The position numbers were made by a program, and so were the translations under genes. From the NCBI GenBank assembly GCA_965203905.1, contig CBDBDQ010000005.1, positions 4,288,001 to 4,352,000 of the forward strand: a DNA stretch of 64,000 nucleotides, read 5' to 3'. Below, in pieces: positions 1 to 9,847 of the stretch. A model generated the notes under the pieces. It saw only the letters and a program-made list of their open reading frames with translations. It was not told where the DNA came from and ran no database searches. Each line of letters begins with the position of its first letter. Position 1 is the first letter of the stretch. Origin of the DNA: Spirochaetia bacterium (lineage in GTDB: Bacteria > Spirochaetota > Spirochaetia > SZUA-6 > Bin103).

Positions 1-62
1 CGGCTACGACTGAGAGTCCGGCCGCGGCGGCGCCCGCGGCACCGGCCCCTGCGCTGCATGCC

Positions 63-1331
63 GTGCCGCTCGCCATGAGTCGTCCCCACGGCGCCGCCGC
101 CACGTTGTTCCGCGACGTGGCGAGCGCCGTGCTCTACCTGGCGCCGATGCAGGCGCTGATCACGCTCATCTCCTTCATCGCGATCAGTCGCCTGGAGGCC
201 TCGGTGGCGTGGGTGGGGATTCTCGGATCCGCCGGTTACTGGGGCCAGCTCTGGAACCTGGCGCTGGGACGGGTCACCGCCAAGGTGGATCTGCGCGCCG
301 GCCTGGCGCTGCTCATGGCGGCCCAGGGGCTGTTGCTGGCGGCGGCGGCCCTGCAGCACTCCCTCCTGCCCTACGCTGCGCTGGTCATTCCCCTGCTGGT
401 GCTGTTCGGGCTGTACGAGGTGCAGTACGCCACCCTGGTGCCGCACCTGTATCGGCCGGAGGAGCGTCCGCACGCGCTGGGGGTGCGCAACTTCGCGGTG
501 GCCGCCGGCACCGCCCTGCTGGCGGCGCTGTTCGGGCGCTTCAGCAGCGGGGCCGCCGGCCACACGCCGGTGTTCCTGCTGGCCGGGCTGGCCATGGTGG
601 CGGGCGGGCTGGTGTTCCGCGGGGTGCGCCCCGCGGGCACGCGGCCGGAGGCATCGGCCGCACCGCGCATGCCGGTGCTGCGCGCCCGCGAGATCGCCGG
701 CGTCCTGTTCGGCGCCCGTTCCGACACCGTGACGCCGGCGCACCGCCGCAAGTTCCGCCGCCTGGTGCTGGTGCTGGTCCTGTATGGGTGGTACGGAGCC
801 GGTCTCGTCACCATGCAGGTGGTGGTGTACGACCGGCTGGGCTTCGACGAATGGCGGGTCGGGCTGCTGGCGGCAGTCGCCACCCTGGGGACGCTGCTTT
901 CTTCACTGCTGGTCGCCCCCCGGTTGCGGTTGCTCGGCGGCACCACCAATTTCCGCCTCTGCTTCGGCGCCAGCCTGATCTCCGCCGTGCTGCTGGTCGT
1001 GGCGGTGCTGTTTGTTTCCGGCCGTCCCGTGTTCTGGGTGCTGGTCGCCGGTCAGCTCGCGATGGGCATCGGGGTGACCGGCTTCGTGCTCGGGACCCAT
1101 ACCGCCGCTCTGAATATCGCGCCCGCCGGGCGCGAGGCCCTGTTCGTCAACGCCATGATGGTCGTGCTGGGTCTGCGCGGCATGCTGGTCCCGCTGCTGG
1201 TCGCGGCTGTCATCCGTGCCGCCGGGGTCGAGTGGGCGCTGCTCGTCGGCCTGCTGTGCGTGCTCTGCTGCGCGGCCCTGGTGGTGCACCCCGGCGCTGA
1301 ACGGGACCGGCCGCCAGGGGTACGGGAATGA
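63..1331 (+). CDS. MFS transporter
   Basis: 422 aa with about 12 hydrophobic segments in two halves separated by a hydrophilic loop; start codon uncertain (GTG 63 or ATG 75). Confidence 0.75.
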   Translation: MPLAMSRPHGAAATLFRDVASAVLYLAPMQALITLISFIAISRLEASVAWVGILGSAGYWGQLWNLALGRVTAKVDLRAGLALLMAAQGLLLAAAALQHSLLPYAALVIPLLVLFGLYEVQYATLVPHLYRPEERPHALGVRNFAVAAGTALLAALFGRFSSGAAGHTPVFLLAGLAMVAGGLVFRGVRPAGTRPEASAAPRMPVLRAREIAGVLFGARSDTVTPAHRRKFRRLVLVLVLYGWYGAGLVTMQVVVYDRLGFDEWRVGLLAAVATLGTLLSSLLVAPRLRLLGGTTNFRLCFGASLISAVLLVVAVLFVSGRPVFWVLVAGQLAMGIGVTGFVLGTHTAALNIAPAGREALFVNAMMVVLGLRGMLVPLLVAAVIRAAGVEWALLVGLLCVLCCAALVVHPGAERDRPPGVRE

Positions 1332-1396
1332 AGCGGGAGCGACAGTATTCCCGGACACACTGCCCGTTTCAGCGTGAAGCAATGTATCATCGGCGC

Positions 1397-3559
1397 ATGT
1401 ACCTGGAGCGGAGTGTTCCCCGGAGCGTAGCGGCGCTGCTGGCGGCGGCGCTGGTGCTGCTCCTGCCGGTAGTTGGATTCGCCCGCGTCAGCGAAGACAC
1501 CATCGTGCTGGGCGCGGCGGTGTCGCTCACCGGGAAGTACACCACCGCCGGCAACCACACGCGCAAGGGCTACGACCTCGCGGTCAAGATGATCAACGAG
1601 CGCGGCGGCGTGCGGGTGGCGGGCAAGGATTACCGGCTGGAGATCCTGTACTACGACGACGAGTCGACACCGGCGCGCGGCGCGCAACTGGCCGAGCGCC
1701 TGATCCGGCAGGATGGCGTGCGGTTCATGCTCGGCCCCTACAGCTCGGGCCTGACCCAGGCGATCGCTCCGGTCACCGAGCGCTACCAGGTCCCGATGGT
1801 GGAGGGGAACGGTGCCTCGCGCGAGCTGTTCAACAAGGGCTACCGCTACCTGTTCGCGGTGCTGTCCACTTCCGAGCAGTACCTGCAGGAGGCGATCAAC
1901 CTGGCGGCGGAGCGGGCCCAGGCGGAGGGCCGGGACCCCGCCTCGCTGAAGATCGCGGTGGCCACCGAGAACGATCCGTTCTCCCAGGACGTGCGCGACG
2001 GCGTGGTGGACGATGCCGCGCGCTACGGCATGGAGGTGGTGATCGACGACAAGCTGCCGCGCGAGCTCAACGACATGACCACGACGTTGCTCAAGGTAAA
2101 GGCGCTGCGTCCCGACGTGCTGCTGGTGTCCGGCCACTCGAAGGGTGCGGCGCTGCTGGTACGCCAGGCCGCGGAGCTGCGGGCCTCGGCCCCGATCGTC
2201 GCCATTTCGCACTGCGAGTCCGCCGAGGTCACCGATGCCGCGCGCTTCGGGGACGCCGCCGAGGGCATCTTGTGCACCGCGCAGTGGGCGCCGACGCTGT
2301 CCTACCGTGACGACCTGTTCGGCAGCGCCGCCGACTACGCCACGCTGTTCGAGCGCGAGTACGGCTACATTCCGCCCTACCAGGCCGCGGAGTCGACCGC
2401 CGCGGTCATGGTCTGGGCCGATGCGTTGCAGCGCGCCGGCTCGTTCGACACCGACGCGGTGCGCGCGGCGCTGGCGGCGACCGACATGCAGACCTTCTAC
2501 GGCAACATCCGCTTCGACGCCACCGGCAAGAACATCGCTAAGCCGATGGTGCTGAGCCAGATTCAGGACGGCGAGTATCGCGTGGTGGCGCCGACCGCCT
2601 GGGCCTCCCACGAGCTGCAGTTCCCAGGTCCCGGTCCCGCCGGAGGCACGGTCTCCGCCACCGGACAGACGGGTCGACTCCTGCTGTTCGGGCCGTTGAC
2701 GGTGCAGCTGCTCCTGGACGGGCTGCTGGTCGGGGCGATCTTCGCGCTCGCCGCGTACGGCATGGCGCTGGTGTGGGGCGTGATGAACATCATCAACGTA
2801 TCGCAGGGCGAGCTGGTGATCCTGGGCGGCTTCCTCACCTGGTGGCTGACCACCTTCGGCATCCATCCGCTGTTCGGAATCCCCATCGCCGGCGCCGTGC
2901 TGTTCGGGTTCGGCTGGCTGCTGTACCGGACGGTGGTGTACCGCCTGGTCGACCGCGACCTGTTCGTGTCGCTGCTGGCCACGTTCGGCCTTTCGATTCT
3001 GCTGCAGCAGTTGATGAACCAGGTGTTCGGTGCCGACCTGCGCAGCGCCAACGCGGAACTCGGCGCCACCTACCTGATGGGCGACGGCGTGGTGCTGGCC
3101 AACAGCAAGCTGGTAGCGTTTGCGGTGGCCCTGGCGGCGGCCGCGGGGTTGCTGCTGTTCCTGCGCCGCAGCCGCTCCGGGCGCGCCATCCGGGCGACCT
3201 CCCAGAACGCGCGCGCGGCGCGCCTGATGGGGGTGCGCACGGACCGCGTCTACGCGCTCGCCTTCGCCCTCAACGCGGCCGCCTGCGGAATTGCCGGCGC
3301 GCTGGTGGCGATGGTGTGGGTGGTGCATCCGTTCATCGGCATCACCTACACGGTGCGCTCGTTCGTGATCGTGGTGGTCGCGGGCCTGGGCAACATCGCG
3401 CCGGTGGTGGTGTCCGGCGCCGCCCTGGGTGACGCCGAGAACCTCACCGGATTCCTGCTCGGCGCGGAGTTCCAGACCGCGTTCGTGTTCCTGCTGCTGG
3501 TGGTGATCCTGCTGCTGCGCAGCTACCTGTTGAGCCGCCGGCGCCAGGTGCTGCGATGA
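1397..3559 (+). CDS. Branched-chain amino acid (HAAT) ABC transporter: substrate-binding protein fused to LivH-type permease
   Basis: Signal peptide, then LivK-like periplasmic domain (GAAVSLTG, YDDES, LGPYSS), Gly/Pro linker, then LivH-like TM domain (GMALVWGVMNIINVSQGE, GRAIRATSQN); ATG 1397 is 6 nt after TATCAT. Confidence 0.85.
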   Translation: MYLERSVPRSVAALLAAALVLLLPVVGFARVSEDTIVLGAAVSLTGKYTTAGNHTRKGYDLAVKMINERGGVRVAGKDYRLEILYYDDESTPARGAQLAERLIRQDGVRFMLGPYSSGLTQAIAPVTERYQVPMVEGNGASRELFNKGYRYLFAVLSTSEQYLQEAINLAAERAQAEGRDPASLKIAVATENDPFSQDVRDGVVDDAARYGMEVVIDDKLPRELNDMTTTLLKVKALRPDVLLVSGHSKGAALLVRQAAELRASAPIVAISHCESAEVTDAARFGDAAEGILCTAQWAPTLSYRDDLFGSAADYATLFEREYGYIPPYQAAESTAAVMVWADALQRAGSFDTDAVRAALAATDMQTFYGNIRFDATGKNIAKPMVLSQIQDGEYRVVAPTAWASHELQFPGPGPAGGTVSATGQTGRLLLFGPLTVQLLLDGLLVGAIFALAAYGMALVWGVMNIINVSQGELVILGGFLTWWLTTFGIHPLFGIPIAGAVLFGFGWLLYRTVVYRLVDRDLFVSLLATFGLSILLQQLMNQVFGADLRSANAELGATYLMGDGVVLANSKLVAFAVALAAAAGLLLFLRRSRSGRAIRATSQNARAARLMGVRTDRVYALAFALNAAACGIAGALVAMVWVVHPFIGITYTVRSFVIVVVAGLGNIAPVVVSGAALGDAENLTGFLLGAEFQTAFVFLLLVVILLLRSYLLSRRRQVLR

Positions 3560-4551
3560 GCGCGCGGCTGCTGGGGCCGTTGCTGGTGGCGGCGGCGGGC
3601 ATCGGCGGGCCGTTTCTGGTGCCCCAGCTCCAGTCGCAGATGGCGGTGCTGTGGGTGATGGTGGTGCTGGCGCTGACCTGGGACGTCGTGGGCGGCCAGA
3701 TGGGCTACAACTCGTTCGGCAACATCGTCTTCTTCGGCGCCGGCATGTACGCCAGCGCGGTGGTGCAGCGTGGCCTTGCCGACCTCGCCGGCGGCGTAGC
3801 GGCGCGCCTGGAGCCGCTGCAGTATCTCGCGGGACTGGGGCTGGGGCTGGCCTGCGCGGTGCTGGTGGCGGTGCCGATCGCGCTGCTGCTGGGCACCGGC
3901 ATCCTGCGCCTGCGCGGCCATTACTTCGCCATCTGCACCCTGGGCCTGGGCGTGGCCGCGGGCGAGATCGCCAACGCCTGGGACTGGATCGGCGCCGGCG
4001 CCGGCCTCGTCACGCCGCTGTTTCCGGAGGAGCTGGGCAACCGCAACCGCTTCTTCTGCTTCTACTTTCTGGCGCTGGCCGGCGTCTGCTTCGGCGTGCT
4101 CCGGCTGCTGTACCGCCGCCGCTTCGGGCTGCTGATCAACGCCATCCGCGACGACGAGGACAAGGCCGAGGCGATGGGCCTGCCCACCACCCGCTGCAAG
4201 GTGGTCGCCTGGTCGGTGGCGGCGTTCTTCCTGGCGCTGGCCGGCGGCGCCTACGGCAACTTCATCGGCTTCATCGACCCGCTCGACATCGCCTTCTCGG
4301 GTGCCACCTTCGGCGTGTGGATGATCCTGATGGCGATCATGGGCGGACGTGGGACGCTGTGGGGACCGGTGATCGGGGCGATGGTGTTCCACGTCACCCA
4401 GGAGCTGTTCTGGACCTTCCTGCTCGGCTGGCACCGGGTCGCCATGGGGCTGCTGATCGTGGTGATCGTGACCTTCCTGCCGGACGGCATTCTCGGCTGG
4501 ATCAGGGAACGCCGCGGCACCACGGCGCTGGCGACGGGGCGCGGCGCATGA
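3556..4551 (+). CDS. livM: Branched-chain amino acid ABC permease (LivM-like)
   Basis: GYNSFGNIVFFGAG, LRLRGHYFAICTLG, AIRDDEDKAEAMG, GGRGTLWGPVIGA; ATGA overlap with upstream gene. Confidence 0.88.
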   Translation: MSARLLGPLLVAAAGIGGPFLVPQLQSQMAVLWVMVVLALTWDVVGGQMGYNSFGNIVFFGAGMYASAVVQRGLADLAGGVAARLEPLQYLAGLGLGLACAVLVAVPIALLLGTGILRLRGHYFAICTLGLGVAAGEIANAWDWIGAGAGLVTPLFPEELGNRNRFFCFYFLALAGVCFGVLRLLYRRRFGLLINAIRDDEDKAEAMGLPTTRCKVVAWSVAAFFLALAGGAYGNFIGFIDPLDIAFSGATFGVWMILMAIMGGRGTLWGPVIGAMVFHVTQELFWTFLLGWHRVAMGLLIVVIVTFLPDGILGWIRERRGTTALATGRGA

Positions 4552-5291
4552 ACGCCCTGCTGCAGGTCGACGCGGTCAGCAAGGCGTTCGGCGGCGTGAC
4601 CGCCAACCGGGAGATCAGCCTGAGCGTGCCCCCCGGCGCCGTGCACGGACTGATCGGTCCCAACGGCTCCGGCAAGACCACGCTGTTCAACAGCATCGTC
4701 GGCCACCATCCGGTGGACGCCGGCAGCGTCACCTTCGACGGCGCCCGCATCGAGCGCCTGAACGTGCCGCGCATCGCCCGGCTCGGCCTGCTGCGCACCT
4801 TTCAGCAGACCCGGGTGTACGGCGCCATGAGCTGCCTCGAGAACATGCTGGTGAGCGCACCGCACCGCACGGCGCACGGCGGGGTGCTGCTGCGCCGGGT
4901 GCCGGCGGCGGTGAGCGAGCGGGCGGAGTCGCTGCTGGAGTTCGTCGGCCTCGATGCGCTGCGCCATCATCGCGCCGGCAGCCTTTCGTTCGGTCAGCAG
5001 AAGCTGCTGGAGTTCGCCATGGCGTTGATGTTCAGACCCAAGATGCTGCTGCTGGACGAGCCGACGGCGGGCATCAATCCCACCCTGATCAACGGGATGA
5101 TCGATCGGCTGTTGCGGGCCAACGCCGAGATGGGGGTTACCCTGCTGGTGATCGAGCACAACATGCGGGTGATCATGAACCTGGCCACCCACATCTACTG
5201 TCTGGCGCACGGCCGCCTGCTGGCCGCCGGGACCCCCGAGGAAGTGCGCGGCGACCCGCAGGTGGTGGAAGCGTACCTGGGAGGGGATTGA
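4548..5291 (+). CDS. livG: Branched-chain amino acid ABC ATP-binding protein (LivG-like)
   Basis: Starts MNALLQV at ATG 4548; Walker A GPNGSGKTT, LSFGQQK, LLLDEP, C-terminal VVEAYLG. Confidence 0.9.
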   Translation: MNALLQVDAVSKAFGGVTANREISLSVPPGAVHGLIGPNGSGKTTLFNSIVGHHPVDAGSVTFDGARIERLNVPRIARLGLLRTFQQTRVYGAMSCLENMLVSAPHRTAHGGVLLRRVPAAVSERAESLLEFVGLDALRHHRAGSLSFGQQKLLEFAMALMFRPKMLLLDEPTAGINPTLINGMIDRLLRANAEMGVTLLVIEHNMRVIMNLATHIYCLAHGRLLAAGTPEEVRGDPQVVEAYLGGD

Positions 5292-6157
5292 TGGGGCGCA
5301 CGGAGCCGGGCGGCGGGGTTTCCGGTTACGGGGGCGGCGAGCTGGGCGCGGCGGTCTCGGTGGAGCAGGTGGCGCGCGAGAGTGCGTCGCTGCTGGAGCA
5401 GGGCGTGCCGCGCGAACGGCTGGCGGAGCTGGCCGGCGGCGACGACTTCGTCGCCATCGACGGCCTGGTTGCCGGCTACGGCCGCATGGAGATCCTGCAC
5501 GGCATCGATCTGCAGGTCGGCCGCGGGCAGTCGCTGTGCCTGATCGGACCCAACGGCGCGGGCAAGTCCACCGTGCTGCACGCGATCTACGGCCTCAACA
5601 CCATCACCGGCGGCAGCATCCGCAAGCAGGGCCGCGACATCACCCGCATGCACTCCGCCGACAAGCTCAGGCACGCCGGTATCGCCTACATCCTGCAGGA
5701 CAACTCGGTGTTCCCGGACATGACGGTGGAGGAGAACCTGCAGATGGGCGCCTATTTGATGCGCGACAAGGCGGCGGTGCGGCACGCCGTGGCGGCGGTG
5801 CTGGACCGCTATCCGCGCCTCGCCGAGCGCCGCGCGCAGCCGGCGCGGGTGCTGTCGGGCGGCGAGCGGCGCCTGCTGGAGATCTCGCGCGCGCTGGTGA
5901 TGGATCCGGACGTGCTGCTGGTGGACGAGCCGTCCATCGGCCTGGAGCCGCGTTTCATCGACATGGTGTTCGAGATCCTGGTCGACCTGCGCGACCGCGA
6001 GCGCAAGACGATCATCATGGTCGAGCAGAATGCGCGCAAGGGGTTGCAGTTCGCGGACCTGGGCTACGTCCTGGTGGCGGGGGATCTGGCCCTGGCGGCG
6101 CGCGGCGACGAATTGCTGGAGGACCCGCGCGTGGGCCGCCTGTTCCTCGGCGGCTGA
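5291..6157 (+). CDS. livF: Branched-chain amino acid ABC ATP-binding protein (LivF-like) with N-terminal extension
   Basis: GPNGAGKST, LSGGERR, LLVDEPSIGL, VEQNA, C-terminal LFLGG. Confidence 0.9.
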   Translation: MGRTEPGGGVSGYGGGELGAAVSVEQVARESASLLEQGVPRERLAELAGGDDFVAIDGLVAGYGRMEILHGIDLQVGRGQSLCLIGPNGAGKSTVLHAIYGLNTITGGSIRKQGRDITRMHSADKLRHAGIAYILQDNSVFPDMTVEENLQMGAYLMRDKAAVRHAVAAVLDRYPRLAERRAQPARVLSGGERRLLEISRALVMDPDVLLVDEPSIGLEPRFIDMVFEILVDLRDRERKTIIMVEQNARKGLQFADLGYVLVAGDLALAARGDELLEDPRVGRLFLGG

Positions 6158-6214
6158 GCCGCCGAGACGAAGAAACCCGCTGCCGGTACCCATCCACCTC
6201 CGTCACGACGTTTC

Positions 6215-6243
6215 TTGACACATCTTCCTTCCGGGAGCATCTT
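6215..6243 (+). promoter_or_regulatory. Sigma70-type promoter of the TA operon with CATCTT direct repeats
   Basis: TTGACA at 6215-6220, 17 nt spacer, CATCTT at 6238-6243; a second CATCTT at 6221-6226; GAGGAGG RBS at 6251-6257. Confidence 0.55.
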
Positions 6244-6265
6244 GTGAATTGAGGAGGTGGTGAGG

Positions 6266-6502
6266 ATGGCAGTGCAGGCCGGGCAACGGACAAAGTTCTC
6301 CAGCCAGGCGAAGCCGGAGTTGTTGGCTTCGCTGCGTGAGATCGCCCGCAGAGATGGTCGCCACTTTCAGGCCGTGCTCGAAGACGCCATGGCCAGCTAC
6401 ATCGATGCCAGGGCGCAGCATCGGGTTCGCCCTGAAGTGATGGCCCACTACCGGGCAAGCCTGGAGCGCAATCGGTTGCTGTACAAGTTGCTGGCCCGTT
6501 GA
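6266..6502 (+). CDS. Putative ribbon-helix-helix antitoxin
   Basis: 78 aa; strand KFSSQ followed by helices; strong RBS; TTGA overlap with downstream Doc toxin. Confidence 0.7.
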   Translation: MAVQAGQRTKFSSQAKPELLASLREIARRDGRHFQAVLEDAMASYIDARAQHRVRPEVMAHYRASLERNRLLYKLLAR

Positions 6503-6885
6503 CCCGCAGCTTCCCCACAGTCGAGGAAGTGGTCGCCATACATGACGATCTGCTCACTCAGTTCGGCGGCTCGCCGGGCGTCCGCGACTGGGGTGCGCTG
6601 GAGGCAGCCGTCATGCGTCCGCAAATTGGCTACTACGATGGCCTGCTCGACGAGGCAGCCGCCATGCTTGAGAGCCTCGCGATGAACCACCCGTTCGTCG
6701 ACGGCAACAAGCGGACCGCGGTCGGCGCCACCGATGCGTTTCTCGGCCTGAACGGCTACTTCATCGACTGCGACAGCCGCGCCGCTTACGATCACTTCAT
6801 GCGTCTGTTCGAGTCCAACGCCTTCCGCTTTGCCGAGCTGCGCGCATGGCTCGAAGATCACGTGAGGCCGCTGCCGGGGCCTTGA
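6499..6885 (+). CDS. doc: Fic/Doc family toxin (death-on-curing type)
   Basis: HPFVDGNKRTA Doc-type Fic motif; GG.PGVRD.GALEAAV.RP N-terminal signature. Confidence 0.9.
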   Translation: MTRSFPTVEEVVAIHDDLLTQFGGSPGVRDWGALEAAVMRPQIGYYDGLLDEAAAMLESLAMNHPFVDGNKRTAVGATDAFLGLNGYFIDCDSRAAYDHFMRLFESNAFRFAELRAWLEDHVRPLPGP

Positions 6886-6970
6886 TTGCCATCCCGTCGC
6901 GGCACCGGCGCGCGCACCTCGTCGACCTGCTTGCCCGGACCGGTAACGCGATCGGCCCGCCCGGGTCGGC

Positions 6971-8779
6971 TCAGGACGTCAGGAGTTCTTCGAGTTGGCT
7001 GACCAGGCTGCCGAACACGTGCAGCGCCTGCTGAATCGGCTCCGGGCTGCTCATGTCCACGCCGGCGAGCTGCAGCGACTCCAACGGGTAGCGTGAGCCG
7101 CCCGACTGCAGGAACGCCATGTAGCGGTCGCGGGCCTCGGGGCCTCCGTCCAGCACCCGTTCCGCCAGGGCCACCGCCGCGGCCAGGCCGGTGGCGTACT
7201 TGTAGACGTAGAAGGCGCTGTAGAAGTGGGGGATGCGCAGGCCTTCCAGGTCGCTCACCTTCTCCAGCTTCATCTCCGGCCCGAAGTACCGCTCCAGCAA
7301 CTCCCGGTAGGTGGTGCGCAGTGAGTCCACGGTCAGCGGCTCGCCTCGCTCCGCCATGCCGTGGGTGAGGTGCTCGAACTCGGCGAACATGGTCTGGCGA
7401 TAGATGGTGGCGATGATGTCGTCCACCTGCTTGCCGACCAGGTAGGCGCGCATCTCGCGGCTCTCGGCGCGCTGCATCAGGTAGCGGCACAGGAGCTGCT
7501 CGTTGAAGGTCGAAGCGACCTCCGCCTCGAAGATGCTGTAGCTGTAGTGCTGGATCGGATTGTGGCGCACGCTGTTCCACGAGTGCATCGAATGGCCGGC
7601 TTCGTGGGCCAGGGTGAACACGTCGCGCAGCACGTCTTCCTTGTAGTTCATGAGAATGTAGGGGTCGCCGACGAACGACCCCGAGGAGAACGCTCCGGAA
7701 CGCTTGCCCCTGTTCTCGTAGCGGTCCACCCAGCCACCGCGCAGACCGGCACGCAGGGTGGTGCAGTAGTCGGCGCCGAGCGGCTCCAGGGCGGCGATCA
7801 CCACGGCGACCGCTTCGTCGTAGCTGTGGCGCACGCGCACGTCGCCGGTCAGCGGCACGTATACGTCGTAGTGGCGCAGCTCCGCGACGCCGAGGGTGCG
7901 CCGGCGCAGGGCGTAGTAGGCGTGGAGCTGCTCCAGGTTGGCGTGTATGGTCGCGATCAGGTTGTCGTACACCTCCGGCGCGACCCGGTCGGGAAACAGC
8001 GCCGCCTCCCGCGCCGACGGATAGTTGCGTACCCGCGCACGGTACAGGTCGAGCTGCACGCTGCCGCCGTAGAGGGCGGCGAGCGTGTTCCTGTGCTGCT
8101 CGAAGTGGCCGTAGAACTGGCCGTAGGCGCGGCGTCGCACCTCGCGGTCGGGGTGGATCATGAACTGCGACCAGGACGACTGGCTGAGCGGCTGCGGACC
8201 TTCCGGGGTATCGACGGTGCCGAAGTCGAGATCGACGTCGGTGAGGGCGGCGAACGCCTTGCGCGCGGTCTGGTTGGCCTCGATCTGCAGCGCCAGCAGC
8301 CGTTCCTGCGCCTCCGGGAGCACGTGCGGCTTGAAGCGCAGCAGCTTGCGTAGCGCGATCCCGAACTCGGCCAGCGAGGCGTCGGCGAGGAACTGTTCCA
8401 TCACCGCGTCGGGAATCGCCTGGATCTCGGGTGTGAGGTAGCTCTTCTCCGCCTCGGCGCGGCTGGCGACGTTGAGGTAGCGCGCGAAGCGGCCCTGGTT
8501 GTCGCTGTCGCCGGCGTCCTCGCTGGTGCGCAGGTGGGCGTAGTACCCGACCCGTTCGTCGAGCATCTCCAGCTCGTTGAGGAACTCCAGGCACTCCCGC
8601 AGCCTCGCGGCCGACTCGCCGAGGGTACCCTTGAAGGCGCCGATGCGTGGAATCATCTCCTCGTACTGCCTCAGACCCTGCTCCCAGGCATCCTCGGCCG
8701 GGTACAGTTTCGACAGGTCCCAACGGTCTGCAGCCGGAACCCGGTCCCGTTCCGGTATGGTGCTGGTCGGTGTGTCCAT
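6971..8779 (-). CDS. pepF: Oligoendopeptidase F (M3B)
   Basis: Starts MDTPTSTIPERD; WDLSKLY, GKRSGAFSSG, TLAHEAGHSMH zinc motif, RIPHFY..FYVYKYATG. Confidence 0.95.
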   Translation of the reverse strand: MDTPTSTIPERDRVPAADRWDLSKLYPAEDAWEQGLRQYEEMIPRIGAFKGTLGESAARLRECLEFLNELEMLDERVGYYAHLRTSEDAGDSDNQGRFARYLNVASRAEAEKSYLTPEIQAIPDAVMEQFLADASLAEFGIALRKLLRFKPHVLPEAQERLLALQIEANQTARKAFAALTDVDLDFGTVDTPEGPQPLSQSSWSQFMIHPDREVRRRAYGQFYGHFEQHRNTLAALYGGSVQLDLYRARVRNYPSAREAALFPDRVAPEVYDNLIATIHANLEQLHAYYALRRRTLGVAELRHYDVYVPLTGDVRVRHSYDEAVAVVIAALEPLGADYCTTLRAGLRGGWVDRYENRGKRSGAFSSGSFVGDPYILMNYKEDVLRDVFTLAHEAGHSMHSWNSVRHNPIQHYSYSIFEAEVASTFNEQLLCRYLMQRAESREMRAYLVGKQVDDIIATIYRQTMFAEFEHLTHGMAERGEPLTVDSLRTTYRELLERYFGPEMKLEKVSDLEGLRIPHFYSAFYVYKYATGLAAAVALAERVLDGGPEARDRYMAFLQSGGSRYPLESLQLAGVDMSSPEPIQQALHVFGSLVSQLEELLTS

Positions 8780-8787
8780 GGTGGGGC

Positions 8788-9837
8788 TCAGCCGAGCGCG
8801 ACCCAGGAGTCGGCGTCTGAGGCGGCGTAGACGGCCTCGAACAGCGCCACGGTGCGGCGCCCCTCGCTGCCGTCGCACTGCAGTTCGGTGCCGTTGCGCA
8901 GCGCGCTCACCACGTCCTCGAAGATGTTGGCCGGCAGGTCCGCCGGTTCCGGGTACGCACCCAGGTCGCCGGGCACCGCCTCGGGGGTGGCAGCGGCGCG
9001 GAACACGTCGCCGCCGCTGCGCGAAGCCGGCGCCACGTGGTCGAAACGGGTCACCTCGCCGTCGGACCAGCTCAGGGTCCCCCAGCTGCCGTTCACGCTC
9101 AGCTCCGAGCCGGCGTTGGGAAAGCAGCAGGTGGTGGTAAGCACCGAGCCCACCGTGCCGCCGCGGAACTGCACCACGGCGGCGGTGCCATCCTCGGTCT
9201 GGATGTCGTGGCCGTAGGTGCCGCGCCGGCCGGCCACCCGCTCGGGCTCTCCCACCCACCACAGCAACAGGTCCAGGAAGTGCACCGCCTGGTTGGCCAG
9301 CGAGCCGCCCTCGGTGTCGAGCCGGCTGCGCCAGCGTTGCGGGAACCCGGCGTCGTAGTAGGACTGCGCCCGGTACCACTTCATGCGCAGGTCGGCGAGC
9401 AGCAGGCGGCCGATGGCGCCCTCGGCGAGGGCGCGCCGGATGCGGTGGTTGAGCGGAATGTAGCGCTGCTCGAAATCCACCGCCAGCAGCAGCCCGCGCG
9501 CCTGCGCCTCGTGGATCGCCGCGTCGCACGACGCGGTGGTGATGTCCATCGGCTTGGTCATGCACACGTGCTTGCCGGCGCGCAACGCCTGCAGCGCCAT
9601 TCCGGCGTGGGAGCCGCTTGGCGTCCACAGGCCGACCACGTCCACGTCGTCGCGCGCCAGCAGCTCGTCGTAGCTGGCAATCCACGGCACGCCCCAGGCG
9701 CGCTCCGCCTCCCGGCCCCGCTCCTCCGACAGGTCGCACACCGCCGCCAGCTCCGCCCCCGGCGTCTGCCGGCAGATCTCCGAGCGTCCCTTGCCCATGC
9801 CCAGTCCTACGACTGCAAACCGAATCGCTTGCGCCAT
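8788..9837 (-). CDS. Gfo/Idh/MocA family oxidoreductase
   Basis: IRFAVVGLGMG, AGKHVCMTKPM, GGSLANQAVHFLD; GGAG RBS before ATG 9837. Confidence 0.9.
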   Translation of the reverse strand: MAQAIRFAVVGLGMGKGRSEICRQTPGAELAAVCDLSEERGREAERAWGVPWIASYDELLARDDVDVVGLWTPSGSHAGMALQALRAGKHVCMTKPMDITTASCDAAIHEAQARGLLLAVDFEQRYIPLNHRIRRALAEGAIGRLLLADLRMKWYRAQSYYDAGFPQRWRSRLDTEGGSLANQAVHFLDLLLWWVGEPERVAGRRGTYGHDIQTEDGTAAVVQFRGGTVGSVLTTTCCFPNAGSELSVNGSWGTLSWSDGEVTRFDHVAPASRSGGDVFRAAATPEAVPGDLGAYPEPADLPANIFEDVVSALRNGTELQCDGSEGRRTVALFEAVYAASDADSWVALG

Positions 9838-9847
9838 GTTCTCTCCT

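Noticed and set aside
5291-5450. N-terminal extension of LivF as a novel domain
   Set aside because: Only about 50 aa and Gly-rich, with no motif; not enough evidence
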